Of a stretch of DNA of 64,000 nucleotides, positions 23,665 to 35,013 are shown piece after piece. The notes beneath the pieces were generated by a model. That model saw only the letters and a program-made list of their open reading frames with translations. It did not search any database and was not told where the DNA came from. The position numbers and the translations under genes were made by a program. Position 1 is the stretch's first letter, and every line of letters begins with the position of its first letter. This stretch comes from an uncultured delta proteobacterium (lineage in GTDB: Bacteria; Desulfobacterota; Binatia; UBA9968). Location: positions 1 to 64,000 of the forward strand of contig CAVWLW010000057.1 of NCBI GenBank assembly GCA_963755715.1, read 5' to 3'.

Positions 23665-25048
23665 TTGAATACGTTAAAGACCAAGCTCGAAACTCGAAAA
23701 GCGACCGCGGCCGTGATCGGACTCGGTTATGTCGGCTTGCCGTTGGCGATGGAGATCGCGGCGGCCGGATTCAAGGTGATCGGCATTGATCTCGATGCGA
23801 CTAAGATCGCCGCGCTCAAACAGGGTAAATCCTATATCTTGGATGTTCCCGAAAAACTCATCGCCGACACGATTCACACCGGCCAGTTTACGCCGACGTC
23901 GGATTTCAGCGCGCTCTCACGAGCCGATACCGTCAGCATCTGCGTACCGACCCCTCTCAGCAAGAGCCGCGATCCGGACATCTCGTTTATTCTTTCAGCG
24001 ACCGAAGAGATTCGGAAGTATTTGCATGAGGATCAACTGATCGTCTTGGAGAGCACGACCTATCCAGGAACGACCGATGAACTGATCGTGCCGGAGCTCG
24101 AAAGCTCCGGGCTTAAAGTTGGCAGTGACTTTTACGTCGCATTCTCGCCGGAGCGGATCGATCCCGGTAACGCGACGTTCAACACCCACAACACGCCAAA
24201 AATCGTCGGCGGGATCACGTCCCAGTGCACCGAGATCGCCCGGCTTTTTTATTCGCAGTTTATTGAACGGGTCATTCCGGTGACGAGCACCAAATGCGCC
24301 GAGATGGTCAAGCTTCTCGAAAATACTTTCCGCAGCGTGAATATCGGCATGGTGAACGAGCTCGCGTTGATGTGTGACCTTTTGGGAGTCGACGTATACG
24401 AAGTCATCGACGCCGCCGCCACCAAGCCCTTTGGGTTCTCCCCTTTCTATCCGGGTCCCGGACTCGGCGGACACTGCATTCCGATCGATCCGCACTATTT
24501 GGCGTGGAAGCTCAAAGCGCTTAACTTTCAAGCCCGGTTTATCGGGCTCGCAGCGGAGATCAACGGCATGATGCCGTCGGTCGTCGCCACTTTGGTCGCG
24601 GATGGGCTCAACCGTGCGTCCAAGAGTATTCGCGGCTCGAAAATCATGATTCTGGGCGTGGCCTATAAGAAAGACGTGAGCGACTGCCGTGAGTCGCCCG
24701 CTCTGGACGTCATGCGGCTGCTCAAGGACAAAGGCGCGCTTCTTTCCTACAACGATCCGCTCGTGCCGAGCTTACGGCTCGGACGGAGCGTGCTTGAAGT
24801 CGATCGAAGCATCTCCGGAGGAAATCGCCAAGCATGATTGCGTGATCATCTTGACGGACCACAGCGCCTATGACTTTCGAAAAATCGTCGGCGCGGCAAA
24901 GCTCGTCGTCGACACGCGAAACTCGACGAAAGATCTGCATGAATTCAAAGATCGCGTCATAAAGCTCGGCGCCGGCAACAAAGTTCCAACGGAAGCGCAT
25001 CATGACGACGGTCATGACGCAACGGCTCCGGAAGCAACGGCGCACTGA
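23665..25048 (+). CDS. UDP-N-acetyl-hexosamine 6-dehydrogenase (WbpA/WecC family), frameshift near 24800
   Basis: IGLGYVGLPLA, ICVPTP, ESTTYPGTT, FSPERIDPG, KLLENTFR, GGHCIPIDP, DCRESP, TDHSAYD, VVDTRN. Confidence 0.92.
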
Positions 25049-25212
25049 AGCTCACGCGGATTCGTCGAGTCAAACGCAAGGTCGGATAGTCAATGAGCTC
25101 GGGCTGGAGTAGATCAGGCTGGGACGGAGTCGAATAATATCGGGGCGCAGAACAAGTTAATTGACGCGAGAGAGAACCGCCAAACTGGGTTCCGGCACTT
25201 CATTCACGGCCG

Positions 25213-28200
25213 TTATTTTCCGTGACAGCGTTTGTATTTCTTGCCGCTGCCGCATGGGCAGGGATCGTTGCGGCCGACTTTCTCCCCTTCTCGTTTGGCC
25301 GCGTTGCCGGCACGCGCCGGTATCGCGTCTTCGCCGTGGCTCAGCACCATCCGCTGTGGGCGTGGTTGCTCAATCTCGATTTCCCGCGCGACGGTTTCCC
25401 GTGCCAGCTCGACCGTGAATAGTTTTTGCACGACATCTTCTTCTTTTCGCCGAACCATCTCTTCGAACATGTCGAATCCCTCTTTCTGATACTCCTGGAG
25501 CGGATTCTTTTGCCCGTAGCCGCGCAAGCCGATGCCTTCTTTCAAATGATCCATATTCAGCAGATGGTCTTTCCATAGGCTGTCGATGGTTTGCAGCATG
25601 ATAATTTTTTCCAGCTGCCGGAGCATCGGCTCGCCGAAGCGCTTCTCCTTATCTTCGTAGGCTTGGAGCACCCGCTGGTTCGCCATTTCCCACAGACTTT
25701 CCGGCGATAAGGAGTCTTCCTCTTCGGTGGAAAAATCCAGGCGCAGATTGAACTGATGATATAAACTTTCGCGCAAACCGGCGAGATCCCAATCGGAAGG
25801 ATGGGTTTCTTTATCCGAGTATCGGCCGACGATGTCTTCGACGAGGTCCTCAGTCATGTCGACGACCTGCTGCTTCAGCGCTTCGCCCTTGAGAACCTCG
25901 CGGCGCTGGTTGTAGACGACCTCGCGTTGCTTGTTCAGCACGTCATCGTATTCCAAAAGATGCTTACGAATGTCGAAGTTGTGTCCCTCCACCTTCTTCT
26001 GGGCATTTTCGATGGCGCGGGTCACTAGTCCGTGTTCGATGGGAACGCCTTCCTCCATGCCGAGCCGGCTCATGATGCCCTGGATTCGATCCGCGCCAAA
26101 TATCCGCATCAGATCGTCCTCGAGAGATAAATAGAAGCGCGACGATCCGGGATCGCCTTGACGGCCTGCGCGCCCGCGCAGCTGGTTGTCGATGCGCCGG
26201 CTTTCGTGACGTTCCGTGCCGAGAATATGCAAGCCGCCGGCCGCGATCACCCGCTCTTTCTCCGCGCTGCATACGTTATTGTAGTTTGCCAAAATTTCAC
26301 CGAATCTCTGACGATTTTCGTCCGGCGCTTTATCGAGCTCTTCACGGACCTGTTCCACCATTCGAAGATACTCTTGCCGCTTCGCTTCGTAATTTTGTTG
26401 AGCCTGTTGGATCGATTCTTCATACGGCACGCGAATCTCTTCGCAGCGAGCTTCGGCTTCATCAAAGGCTCGATGAGCCTCCTCATATTCCGTGATTACC
26501 GCAGCATGGTCACCGTCCGCGAGGGCCGCGCGAGCATTTTCGAATTCCAGGTCAATCAGGTATTGCTCGTAAACCCGGCGTTTCTCATCCAGCGCCTCGA
26601 TCAGCGTTTCACGTTCACCGCTATTTTGTTGCCAACGTTCCAATGCCTCGCTAAACCCCTCACGCGCCTCTTGAAATTCGCCGGCAATTTCTGGCGCCGT
26701 GCCGCCGGATCCATTGAGAACTGCCGTTTCAAGGACCTCCTTCGCGCGCAGGTACCCTTCCGGAATTGGCCGCATGTTATGAAGCGCTTCTATGAGCTGC
26801 GTAGCCGAAAGATCCTCGTAGCGCTCCCGCGCCTCGCGAAAAGGAGATATGGAACGAATCTCACGCTGCAGCTCTGTAGTCCGCTTTAAGGCCTCACCAC
26901 GTTTTTGGTCAAAACTTTCGCTGTCCTTAATATATTTCTTTTCGATCCGTTGCACTTCTTCTTCATGTTTTTCCCGGAGCTCGCGCAAGGCGTCTTCATA
27001 GCGCGCCGCACCTTGAATCGGCAGCTTTGCGGCACGGCTGATCCACTCGTTTTCCATATCCGAGCGAGAGAGAAATTCCGGATTGCCGCCGAGCAAGATA
27101 TCCGTGCCACGCCCCGCCATATTGGTAGCGATCGTTACCGCGGCGAACCTTCCGGCCTGAGCGATAATGCTCGCCTCCGCTTCATGGTTCACGGCATTCA
27201 AAACATTGTGCTTGATATTCTTCTTCTTGAGCATGCGCGAGATCCGCTCGGACTTGGCCACGGACGTAGTTCCAACCAGTATCGGCTGCCCATTCTTGCT
27301 TCGCTCCTCGATCTCCTGCACAACCGCGTCGTATTTTTCATTGTCCGTGCGATAGACGACGTCGGGAAGGTCCTGGCGCACCATGGCGCGATGAGTCGGG
27401 ATGACAACCACATCGAGTTTATAGATTTTTTTGAACTCTGGCGCCTCGGTATCCGCCGTCCCGGTCATGCCCGCGAGTTTTTTGTACATGCGGAAATAAT
27501 TCTGAATCGTAATCGTCGCGAGCGTTTGGTTTTCCTCGCGGATGTGCACCCGTTCCTTGGCTTCGACCCCTTGATGCAAGCCATCCGACCAGCGCCGGCC
27601 GGGCATCAATCTGCCGGTGAACTCGTCGACGATGATGACTTCGCCATCCTTGATGACGTAATCGACGTCGCGCTTGAAAATCGCGTGCGCTTTGAGCGCC
27701 TGTTGCACGTGATGCAAGGTATCGATCTGGCGCGGATCATAAAGATTATGCACGCCGAGTAACCGCTCGACTTTCGCCACGCCGCCCTCGGTCAACGTCA
27801 CGGAGCGGCTTTTCTCGTCGACCGTATAGTCGCCCTTGGCTTCGATCGCGGCGCGATCTTCTTGCGAGGGGTCGCCCTGAATGACCGCGCCGCGTTGCAG
27901 CTTGGGAATGATGCGATCAATGACGTAATACTTGTCGGTGGATTCTTCGGCCGGTCCGGAGATGATCAGCGGCGTGCGCGCTTCGTCGATGAGAATGTTG
28001 TCGACTTCGTCCACCACTGCGTAATTAAGCTCCCGTTGGACGTATTCCTCCAAGGAAAATTTCATATTGTCGCGCAGATAATCGAAGCCAAACTCATTAT
28101 TGGTGCCATAAGTGATGTCCGCGAGGTAAGCCTCTTGGCGGCTGATCGGGCGGAGGTTCAGGTAACGATAGTCCTGCGTGATAAAGGCCGGATCGAAAAG

Positions 28201-28812
28201 ATAACTCGCTTCGTGCACGATCGACGCGGTGGACAATCCCAGCTTGTGAAATATCGGCCCCATCCACTGCACGTCGCGCCGCGCCAAGTAGTCATTCACG
28301 GTGATCAAGTGGACGCCGCGCCCCGTCAAGGCATTTAAGTAAAGCGGCAAGGTCGCCACGAGAGTCTTGCCTTCGCCGGTTTTCATCTCCGAGATCTTGC
28401 CCTCGTGAAGCACGACACCGCCGATTACCTGCACGTCGAAGTGGCGCAGACCGATGGTGCGTTGTGATGCCTCGCGGACCGCCGCGAACGCTTCCGGCAA
28501 AAGCTCTTCAAGAATCTCCGCCTCTTTTTCACGTACTTGCTTATCGAGCTCTTCGCATTGGGTCTTGATCTCTTCGCGTCGCTCCGGTTCCGCGCTCGCG
28601 CTCTCGGCGCGCGCTTCTTCGAGCTCTTGTTTCAAACTTGCGGTGGCTTCGGTAAGACGTGCTTTGAACTGGTCGGTTCGAGCCTTGAGTTCGGCATCGC
28701 TGAGGCCCTGATAGTCCTGCTCCAAATCATTAACCTCATCGACGTAAGGATGAATCCGCTTAATTTCGCGGTCATTCTTTGTCCCGACGATTTTTTTAAT
28801 CAAATTAAGCAT
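25213..28812 (-). CDS. secA: preprotein translocase ATPase SecA (1199 aa, large insertion)
   Basis: [16 protein letters not shown]-like motif, [50 protein letters not shown]-terminal [19 protein letters not shown]. Confidence 0.98.
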   Translation of the reverse strand: MLNLIKKIVGTKNDREIKRIHPYVDEVNDLEQDYQGLSDAELKARTDQFKARLTEATASLKQELEEARAESASAEPERREEIKTQCEELDKQVREKEAEILEELLPEAFAAVREASQRTIGLRHFDVQVIGGVVLHEGKISEMKTGEGKTLVATLPLYLNALTGRGVHLITVNDYLARRDVQWMGPIFHKLGLSTASIVHEASYLFDPAFITQDYRYLNLRPISRQEAYLADITYGTNNEFGFDYLRDNMKFSLEEYVQRELNYAVVDEVDNILIDEARTPLIISGPAEESTDKYYVIDRIIPKLQRGAVIQGDPSQEDRAAIEAKGDYTVDEKSRSVTLTEGGVAKVERLLGVHNLYDPRQIDTLHHVQQALKAHAIFKRDVDYVIKDGEVIIVDEFTGRLMPGRRWSDGLHQGVEAKERVHIREENQTLATITIQNYFRMYKKLAGMTGTADTEAPEFKKIYKLDVVVIPTHRAMVRQDLPDVVYRTDNEKYDAVVQEIEERSKNGQPILVGTTSVAKSERISRMLKKKNIKHNVLNAVNHEAEASIIAQAGRFAAVTIATNMAGRGTDILLGGNPEFLSRSDMENEWISRAAKLPIQGAARYEDALRELREKHEEEVQRIEKKYIKDSESFDQKRGEALKRTTELQREIRSISPFREARERYEDLSATQLIEALHNMRPIPEGYLRAKEVLETAVLNGSGGTAPEIAGEFQEAREGFSEALERWQQNSGERETLIEALDEKRRVYEQYLIDLEFENARAALADGDHAAVITEYEEAHRAFDEAEARCEEIRVPYEESIQQAQQNYEAKRQEYLRMVEQVREELDKAPDENRQRFGEILANYNNVCSAEKERVIAAGGLHILGTERHESRRIDNQLRGRAGRQGDPGSSRFYLSLEDDLMRIFGADRIQGIMSRLGMEEGVPIEHGLVTRAIENAQKKVEGHNFDIRKHLLEYDDVLNKQREVVYNQRREVLKGEALKQQVVDMTEDLVEDIVGRYSDKETHPSDWDLAGLRESLYHQFNLRLDFSTEEEDSLSPESLWEMANQRVLQAYEDKEKRFGEPMLRQLEKIIMLQTIDSLWKDHLLNMDHLKEGIGLRGYGQKNPLQEYQKEGFDMFEEMVRRKEEDVVQKLFTVELARETVAREIEIEQPRPQRMVLSHGEDAIPARAGNAAKREGEKVGRNDPCPCGSGKKYKRCHGK

Positions 28813-28930
28813 GCGTCGAATTTTCTCCCTGCATGATGGACAACGTAGGAGGTACAGGTTTAGCCGAGAATATTAAAATACCTGATTCCGAGGTCAACTT
28901 AAAGCCATTCTTGAGGAACACAAAGCATCC

Positions 28931-29731
28931 TCAACGCTCGATGCGCACTGCCGATTCGACCTTTTCACCGAGAAAGCGGCGGCCGACTTTAATGAAACGG
29001 TCCGGCGCGTCGGTGACAAAAAAGCTGTGCGCCCCTTTGCCTTCTTTTCTCACGATCGATGTCTTTTTCAGCACCGACTCGACCACCTTGGCCGTTTCCT
29101 CGGCGGAATCGACCAGGCGCACGCCAGGGCCCATGAACTTGCGAATGGCTTTCTTCAACAATGGATAGTGCGTGCAGCCGAGAATCAACGTGTCGATACC
29201 GCTTTGCTTGAAACCTTGAAGATAGGCTTTAGCCGTCATCTCGACGACTTCGTTATCCGTCCAACCTTCTTCGACCAGCGGCACGAAGAGTGGACACGCG
29301 CGGCTGTACACTTCGATGGCGCTGTCCGCGGCCTTGAGAGCGTGAGTATAAGCGCCGCTTTGAATCGTCGCCTCGGTGCCGATCACGCCGACCTTCTTAT
29401 TTTTCGTGCGCTGGATCGCGCGCCGCACGCCCGGCTCGATCACGCCGATCACCGGCATCGCCAAGCGCTCTTTCAGCTGGCTTAAGGCGATGGCCGTGGA
29501 AGTATTGCATGCAACGACTACGACCTTGACACCCTTTTCAACGAGAAATTCGCTGTTTTCGTAGGAATAGCGCAGCACGGTCTCGACGGATTTCGTGCCG
29601 TAGGGCGCGCGCGCCGTATCGCCGAGATAGACCGTATTTTCCTTCGGCAGCGCTTCGATAATCTGATGTAACACCGTGAGACCGCCGATGCCGGAGTCAA
29701 ACACGCCGATGGGGCTGTCCTTGTTCGTCAT
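28931..29731 (-). CDS. murI: glutamate racemase
   Basis: IGVFDSGIGGLTV, APYGTK, VACNTST, LGCTHYP. Confidence 0.97.
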   Translation of the reverse strand: MTNKDSPIGVFDSGIGGLTVLHQIIEALPKENTVYLGDTARAPYGTKSVETVLRYSYENSEFLVEKGVKVVVVACNTSTAIALSQLKERLAMPVIGVIEPGVRRAIQRTKNKKVGVIGTEATIQSGAYTHALKAADSAIEVYSRACPLFVPLVEEGWTDNEVVEMTAKAYLQGFKQSGIDTLILGCTHYPLLKKAIRKFMGPGVRLVDSAEETAKVVESVLKKTSIVRKEGKGAHSFFVTDAPDRFIKVGRRFLGEKVESAVRIER

Positions 29732-29738
29732 GAAAACG

Positions 29739-30833
29739 TCAAGCGAGTGGCGCCATTTGATTACCGAGCTCTTTTTCGCAGGCCGGCGCAAAGCCAAAGA
29801 CCTGCTGCCAAACTTCGCGGGACTCCATGCAAAGATAAATCTTGACCGTCGGCGCCTGCCGGCGAATCCACTCGACCATCTTTCGGTACATCTCGACGCG
29901 CAAGGGCTGGAAGTAACGCATCTTGCCGTCCGGGCAGAGCACTTGCTCGCCGGTCAAAAGCCGGCTTTGCGGATAACGCTGACGCATGGTTCGTTTAAGC
30001 CCGGGCGTTTCGCGCAACACCCCGAGGCTCAGCCAGGAAAGCCGCCGCCAGTCGACGACCGCAAAAATCGCCTCGAGCATCGCCTGGTAATCCGCTTGCC
30101 AGCCTTCGTACTCGATCATCGGATCGAAGTGAAAGCCAAGACGATAACCGGCATCCTGACAGCGACGCGCCGCGGCGAGCCGCTCGCTGAAAGAGGCGGT
30201 ATCGTGTTCTTCAAGATCGATCACCGGTTGCGGGTTCATCGACCACGCGACCACGACCCGCCCTTTCGGATCGAGATCGAGCAAGCTCTCGACGCAGTCG
30301 CTCTTGGTCTTCAACTCCAGCAACACGTTCGCTTGCTCGGCAAAATAGGGGATCAGCTCGCGCGCCATGCCGGTGTACGGTTCCAGCGCGAGGCTGTCGG
30401 TGATTTCGCCGGTGCCGATGCGAAAAAAGACGCCGCGGTGCTTTTGCAGCGTTCGCTCGGCCTCATCGATCAAATCGCCGACATTGCTGAATACCTTGAG
30501 CGCAGCATTGTCTTGTAAATATTCCTGTAGGTAACAATAACTGCAATCCATCGGACAGTTGCTGGCGAAATTGATCACGAAGTAATTACAGCAGACTTGG
30601 CCGTCGCTGCCCGGACACTTTTTGAAAAACTCGCCGCGATGGCGCATCAAATAAAGCTTCTTCTTGGCCGCGCCGAAAAAATCGCCGTGGCGGAAATCAC
30701 CGACGTTCACAGAGTCGACATCCTCGACAATTTTCACCGGAACTTGCGGCAAGGTCCGGCGCAAGTTTTGGTAGATCGGGCTCGACTCCGAACCGGTCTC
30801 GACGATCAGCTCTGCGGGGAGAAATTTTTCCAT
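29739..30833 (-). CDS. spore photoproduct lyase-like radical SAM protein
   Basis: CxxxCxxC (NCPMDCSYCYLQ), KCPG..CCNY, RIGTGEITDSL, ELKTKS, FHFDP, YLCMES. Confidence 0.85.
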   Translation of the reverse strand: MEKFLPAELIVETGSESSPIYQNLRRTLPQVPVKIVEDVDSVNVGDFRHGDFFGAAKKKLYLMRHRGEFFKKCPGSDGQVCCNYFVINFASNCPMDCSYCYLQEYLQDNAALKVFSNVGDLIDEAERTLQKHRGVFFRIGTGEITDSLALEPYTGMARELIPYFAEQANVLLELKTKSDCVESLLDLDPKGRVVVAWSMNPQPVIDLEEHDTASFSERLAAARRCQDAGYRLGFHFDPMIEYEGWQADYQAMLEAIFAVVDWRRLSWLSLGVLRETPGLKRTMRQRYPQSRLLTGEQVLCPDGKMRYFQPLRVEMYRKMVEWIRRQAPTVKIYLCMESREVWQQVFGFAPACEKELGNQMAPLA

Positions 30834-30854
30834 GTTTTCGATACCGATTTGTAG

Positions 30855-31406
30855 TTACTCTGGTTTTTCGTCGGCTGGCCGCCCGGATAATAAGCCGAAG
30901 ATTTCCGCCACCGAGGGTGCCGCCACGGTTTCGCAAAGTTTTCCGGCCAGCGCGCGCAACTCCGCCGCGCTCGTGGCGGCGAATTCGACCTGGAGCCGCC
31001 CGCCTTCCAAACCGGGCGGCACGCTCAAGCGGATCTGCGGATGAAGCTTCAACGCTTGTACCCTTTTGTGAATCTCTTCCTCGGTCGCGGCTAAGCGCGG
31101 ATACCTCAGCCGGCGGAGCTGTTCTTTGATTTGCTTGAGCCGATCGGCCCGGCCTAGGCGCGGGTCGGTTTTCAACTCTTCGATCTTTTTTGCCGCCAGG
31201 ATGTCGCCAATGCCCACATGATCGCGCAGCGCGATCTCTTCGAGCCAATCCATCATGTCGCGCAGGTGATTTTCGCTGGCTTTGAGACTGACGGCAAGAT
31301 CTTGCAGTGCCGCTCTATCTTTTGTCTCCCAGCCGAGCCAGCGTTCCAGCGTCTGTCGATGAAATCCTCTTTCCTGCGCGTAAGCCCGAATCTCGCTCTC
31401 CGACAT
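30855..31406 (-). CDS. hypothetical helical protein co-located with the SPL-like radical SAM gene
   Basis: 183-aa ORF with RBS CAGGAG; LRRLRYP motif; sits between the GT2 and radical SAM genes. Confidence 0.7.
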   Translation of the reverse strand: MSESEIRAYAQERGFHRQTLERWLGWETKDRAALQDLAVSLKASENHLRDMMDWLEEIALRDHVGIGDILAAKKIEELKTDPRLGRADRLKQIKEQLRRLRYPRLAATEEEIHKRVQALKLHPQIRLSVPPGLEGGRLQVEFAATSAAELRALAGKLCETVAAPSVAEIFGLLSGRPADEKPE

Positions 31407-32322
31407 TCATTCTCTCCTGATTGAATTGCGTGAGCACCGCTTCGTAGCCGCGCGCTTCCTGCTCACGGCCGCGCTTGCGCGCTCCCTGTGCGAGGATAGC
31501 GACTTTACGCCGCAGCACTACTATCGTCGCCGCCCTTTGCGCTTCATCAAGACAACCTGAGCGCAATAGTTTTTGCAAGGCCAGGATCCGATAACGATCC
31601 ATGCCCCAGGTGGAACGCGATAACTGGTCGGCATGACCGCCGTGCTTCACCACTAGCGCCTCGGCAATCAACGGCACGGAAAATTCAGCACCGATACGCA
31701 ACCAAAGGTCGTAATCTTCGCATACGGGGAAAAATTCATCGAAGCCGCCGGCCCGCTCGAACAACTCCTTGGTCATCATCACCGCCGATGGACTCACCAG
31801 GCAGAGAGCCAAGCTTGGCAGGAAAATGTCGCCGGAGGGCTTTCGATGGACTGCTCTCGGGTTGACTCTGACGCCATTACGAATCCAGATCTCCTCCGTC
31901 TGGCAGATCTGAAATTCGGGGTGGCAAACCATGAATGCGGCTTGTCTCTCGAGCTTGCGCGGGAGCCAGATGTCGTCGGAATCGAGAAATGCGATATAGC
32001 GGCCGCGCGATTGGCTGACGCCCAAATTACGCGCTGCGGCAACGCCTTTTCTAGCCGTGACAAAAAGGCGCAAACGAGGGCCGATTTTTTTTAGCTCTTC
32101 GGCCGTGCCATCAGTCGATCCGTCATCGACCACGAGCAGTTCGAAATCCCGAAAGCTCTGCGCGAGCACGGAATCGAGCGCTTGCCGAAGCAGCGGCCGA
32201 CGGTTGAAAGTCGGCACAATGACGCTAATCAGAGGCGTCACAACGGAATCACTGGATAAGATCGGGTTAGCTGAATCGCAGGGCACGGCGGTCGACAAGG
32301 GTTTGCCGGCGCGGCTAGACAA
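31315..32322 (-). CDS. glycosyltransferase family 2 (true start probably near 32241)
   Basis: ISVIVPTFNR, VVDDGSTD, AARNLG, FLDSDD, EDYDLWLR. Confidence 0.92.
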   Translation of the reverse strand: MSSRAGKPLSTAVPCDSANPILSSDSVVTPLISVIVPTFNRRPLLRQALDSVLAQSFRDFELLVVDDGSTDGTAEELKKIGPRLRLFVTARKGVAAARNLGVSQSRGRYIAFLDSDDIWLPRKLERQAAFMVCHPEFQICQTEEIWIRNGVRVNPRAVHRKPSGDIFLPSLALCLVSPSAVMMTKELFERAGGFDEFFPVCEDYDLWLRIGAEFSVPLIAEALVVKHGGHADQLSRSTWGMDRYRILALQKLLRSGCLDEAQRAATIVVLRRKVAILAQGARKRGREQEARGYEAVLTQFNQERMNVGERDSGLRAGKRISSTDAGTLARLGDKR

Positions 32323-32746
32323 AAGTTTCCATCTTCTTGAAAAACTGTTCGACCATCATTTTGGCGACGCCGTTCATCATGCGTTGTCCGACGCTGGCGA
32401 TGAGACCGCCGATCTTGGCGTCGGTGCTGTATTTGAGCACGGTTTGACCGTTGCTTTCTTCCAGGTCGATGGCGACGTCGCCCTGCATGAAACCGGGTCC
32501 GCCCGAACCCTGCCCGCTCAAAACATAATGCGACGGAGCTTGCTTGTCCTTGATCGCCACCTTGCCTTTATACGTGCCTTTGACCGACGCAACGCCGACC
32601 TTCATGATGGCCTCGAATTGATCCGGCGCCACTTCGTTCATGCTCTCGCATCCCGGCATGCACTGCGCGATGATTTTTGGGTCCAGCAAGACCTGCCAGA
32701 CCCTATCCCGTGGTGCGTTGAACGTGTAATTGCCTTCGATCTTCAA
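32315..32746 (-). CDS. coxG: CoxG/SRPBCC-family protein
   Basis: APRDRVWQVLLDP..CMPGCE, GGLIASVGQRM..FF; RBS GAGGAGG with TTG start. Confidence 0.8.
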   Translation of the reverse strand: MKIEGNYTFNAPRDRVWQVLLDPKIIAQCMPGCESMNEVAPDQFEAIMKVGVASVKGTYKGKVAIKDKQAPSHYVLSGQGSGGPGFMQGDVAIDLEESNGQTVLKYSTDAKIGGLIASVGQRMMNGVAKMMVEQFFKKMETFV

Positions 32747-32966
32747 GAAAAGCTTCCTCCTCGCTCGTCCGAGCCGGCTATTTCAACCACGACCCGTCGA
32801 CCAAAAGCCACCGGCTTCGATCGAAAAAACCATAACTGCCATCAATGTAAAAAACAATACGGCCATCGACCTGCGGTTTTTCCGCCAAAATCCCGCCGAG
32901 CGTGCTATTTGTCGACAGAGATTTAATTGAATCAACGCGCCGGCTTCGCTAAACTTGCCTTAAGTC

Positions 32967-35013
32967 ATGATGCGCGCGATCGCCGTACTATTGTTGGTCC
33001 TATCCGTGGGAGCCTTTCCCGCGCCGCTCCTTGCCCAGACTAACGAGCAAAACGATACCTTTGCCAAAGCTTACGCGCTTTATGCCAACGGCAAATCGGC
33101 CGAAGCCCGGGAACTCTTCGAGAGGACTCTCGAGACAAGGTTCCGCCTGATCGATTACAGCTTGTATTATCTCGCCGTGATCCATTTCAGTGGGTCGAAT
33201 TGGGATCAAGCGCGCCAGCTTTTGACCCAACTCAGGCAGAAGTATCCGCAGAGTATTTGGCTTCAGCCGGCAACCCTGCTGCAAGCCAAGATCGATATAG
33301 CGGAAAAAAAATACGCCCAGGCCGACACAACGCTTCGGCAAATCCGCGCGGACAAAACCGCGCCGCGCGATACCACCGATGAAGCGCTTTACCTACAAGC
33401 ACAGATCCAGGAAAACCGGGACGATCCGAGCCGCGCATATGCGCTTTATGATGAGCTGCGCGACAAATCACCCAACTCGCGCTGGACGGCCCCGGCGCGC
33501 AACGGCGCAAGCGCGCTTGCGCGAGGCCTTTCCCGAGCTTTTCGCCTTCCACACGATCGAATCCCTTGCCAACGATGCCGACCGTCTGACCCGCGAGCGG
33601 CAAACCGGCGACGCCGAAGTTCTCTACAAAAAAATTCTGAACAACGTTTCCGATGCCGACTCGCGGGCGCGGTTCTTGGGCAAGCTCGCCAACCTTTACC
33701 TTTCCACCCGCAGCCGAAACGACGCGATTCCGATCCTCGAGCAGATCGCTCGCGATTTTCCCGACAGCAGCGAAGCTCCGAAGGCGCTTTATCAGATCGG
33801 GCAAATCTTCTGGAACCGTCACGAAAACTCCCAGGCGCTCGGCTATTTTAAACAGGTATTAGAAAACTACCCGAGCAGCGACTACGTCGACCGTGCCCAG
33901 TTTGCCGCGGCCGATATTCATGAATTCTTCGGCCGAAAAGAAGAAGCGATTCAGCTCTACAACAGCGTCATCCGGCAGTTTCCTAAAAGCCAAGTGCGCG
34001 ATGATGCCGCCTGGCGGCTCGCGTGGCTCTATTATCAAAACGGCGATCTCGCAACCGCAGCGGCGGCTTTCAAAAGCCTGGAGAGCCAGTCCAAGAATGG
34101 TCCATTCGCCGTGGCGGCGCTGTATTGGCAAGCGCGTGTCACTGAAAAATTGGGCGAATTGGAATCGGCCCGGCAACTTCACCGCCAGATCATCGACGGC
34201 GCGGCCGAGTCTTATTATCAAATGCTGTCGCTGCGCGCGCTGAAGCGACTTGGCGAAACCGTCAACGAAGTCAAATCAAATAAAGCCGCCGTGACGCCGG
34301 AAGCCGATCCGCCGATTGCGCCGGACCTGATGTTTCACTTGACTCGCGCGCGCGTGCTTGCGTCGCTGGCTTTGCGCCAGTTGGCCGTGGCTGAGTTGGA
34401 CGCGGTTGATCGCCAGAGCAAACCGAACGGTGCTTTGCGCGCTTTCCTCATGCGCGAGTATTTTCAGACGGCTGCTTATGGACGGAGCCTTCAGCTTGCC
34501 AACCAGTTGCCGAGCTCGCGCCCGGAGCGCGATCTTTACCGTTACCCGCTCGCTTTTTGGGACCTGATTCAACAGAAAGCGCAGGACCGCGATCTCGATC
34601 CCTATCTGGTGCTCGGACTGATTCGCCAAGAGAGCCTATTCGATACGCGCGCCCGTTCACCCGCCACGGCGCTGGGTTTGATGCAACTGATACCGCCGAC
34701 CGCGGCGCGAATCGCCAAACAGTTGGGCTTGCCCGCGCCGACCCAAGAAACCCTCTTCGAGCCAGAAACAAACCTGACGCTCGGCACGCAGTATCTCAAA
34801 GATCTGCTGCAAAGATATTCGAACAACTGGCACAAAGCGCTCGCTGCCTACAACGCCGGCGAGGCCGCGGTGGATCGATGGGAAAAAGAAATCGTCACCG
34901 ATGATATCGAGGAATTCGTCGAGCGCATCCCCTATGTGGAAACACGGGGCTATGTTAAGCTCGTGCTACGAAATCAGCAGATTTACAAACGGCTCTACGA
35001 CACGCAAAAATGA
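32967..35013 (+). CDS. TPR-containing soluble lytic transglycosylase (frameshift near 33500)
   Basis: signal peptide, many TPRs, SLT motifs IRQES, GLMQL, AYNAG, ETRGYV. Confidence 0.92.

Noticed and set aside
1-25048. Mass pseudogenisation or programmed frameshifting of the EPS locus
   Set aside because: Frameshifts also hit unrelated genes (slt, VOC, ICL-family, amidohydrolase) while motifs remain intact, which fits long-read indel errors better; read polishing is needed to be certain
26240-27085. Intein in secA
   Set aside because: No Cys/Ser start with His-Asn end and no LAGLIDADG motifs; the composition is coiled-coil-like
32315-32746. Carbon monoxide dehydrogenase locus
   Set aside because: Only an isolated coxG-like gene; no coxLMS in the window
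29676-32926. Long antisense ORFs such as 29676..30518 and 32057..32926 (also 56751..57737)
   Set aside because: Shadow frames of well-supported genes in GC-rich DNA; no motifs or RBS
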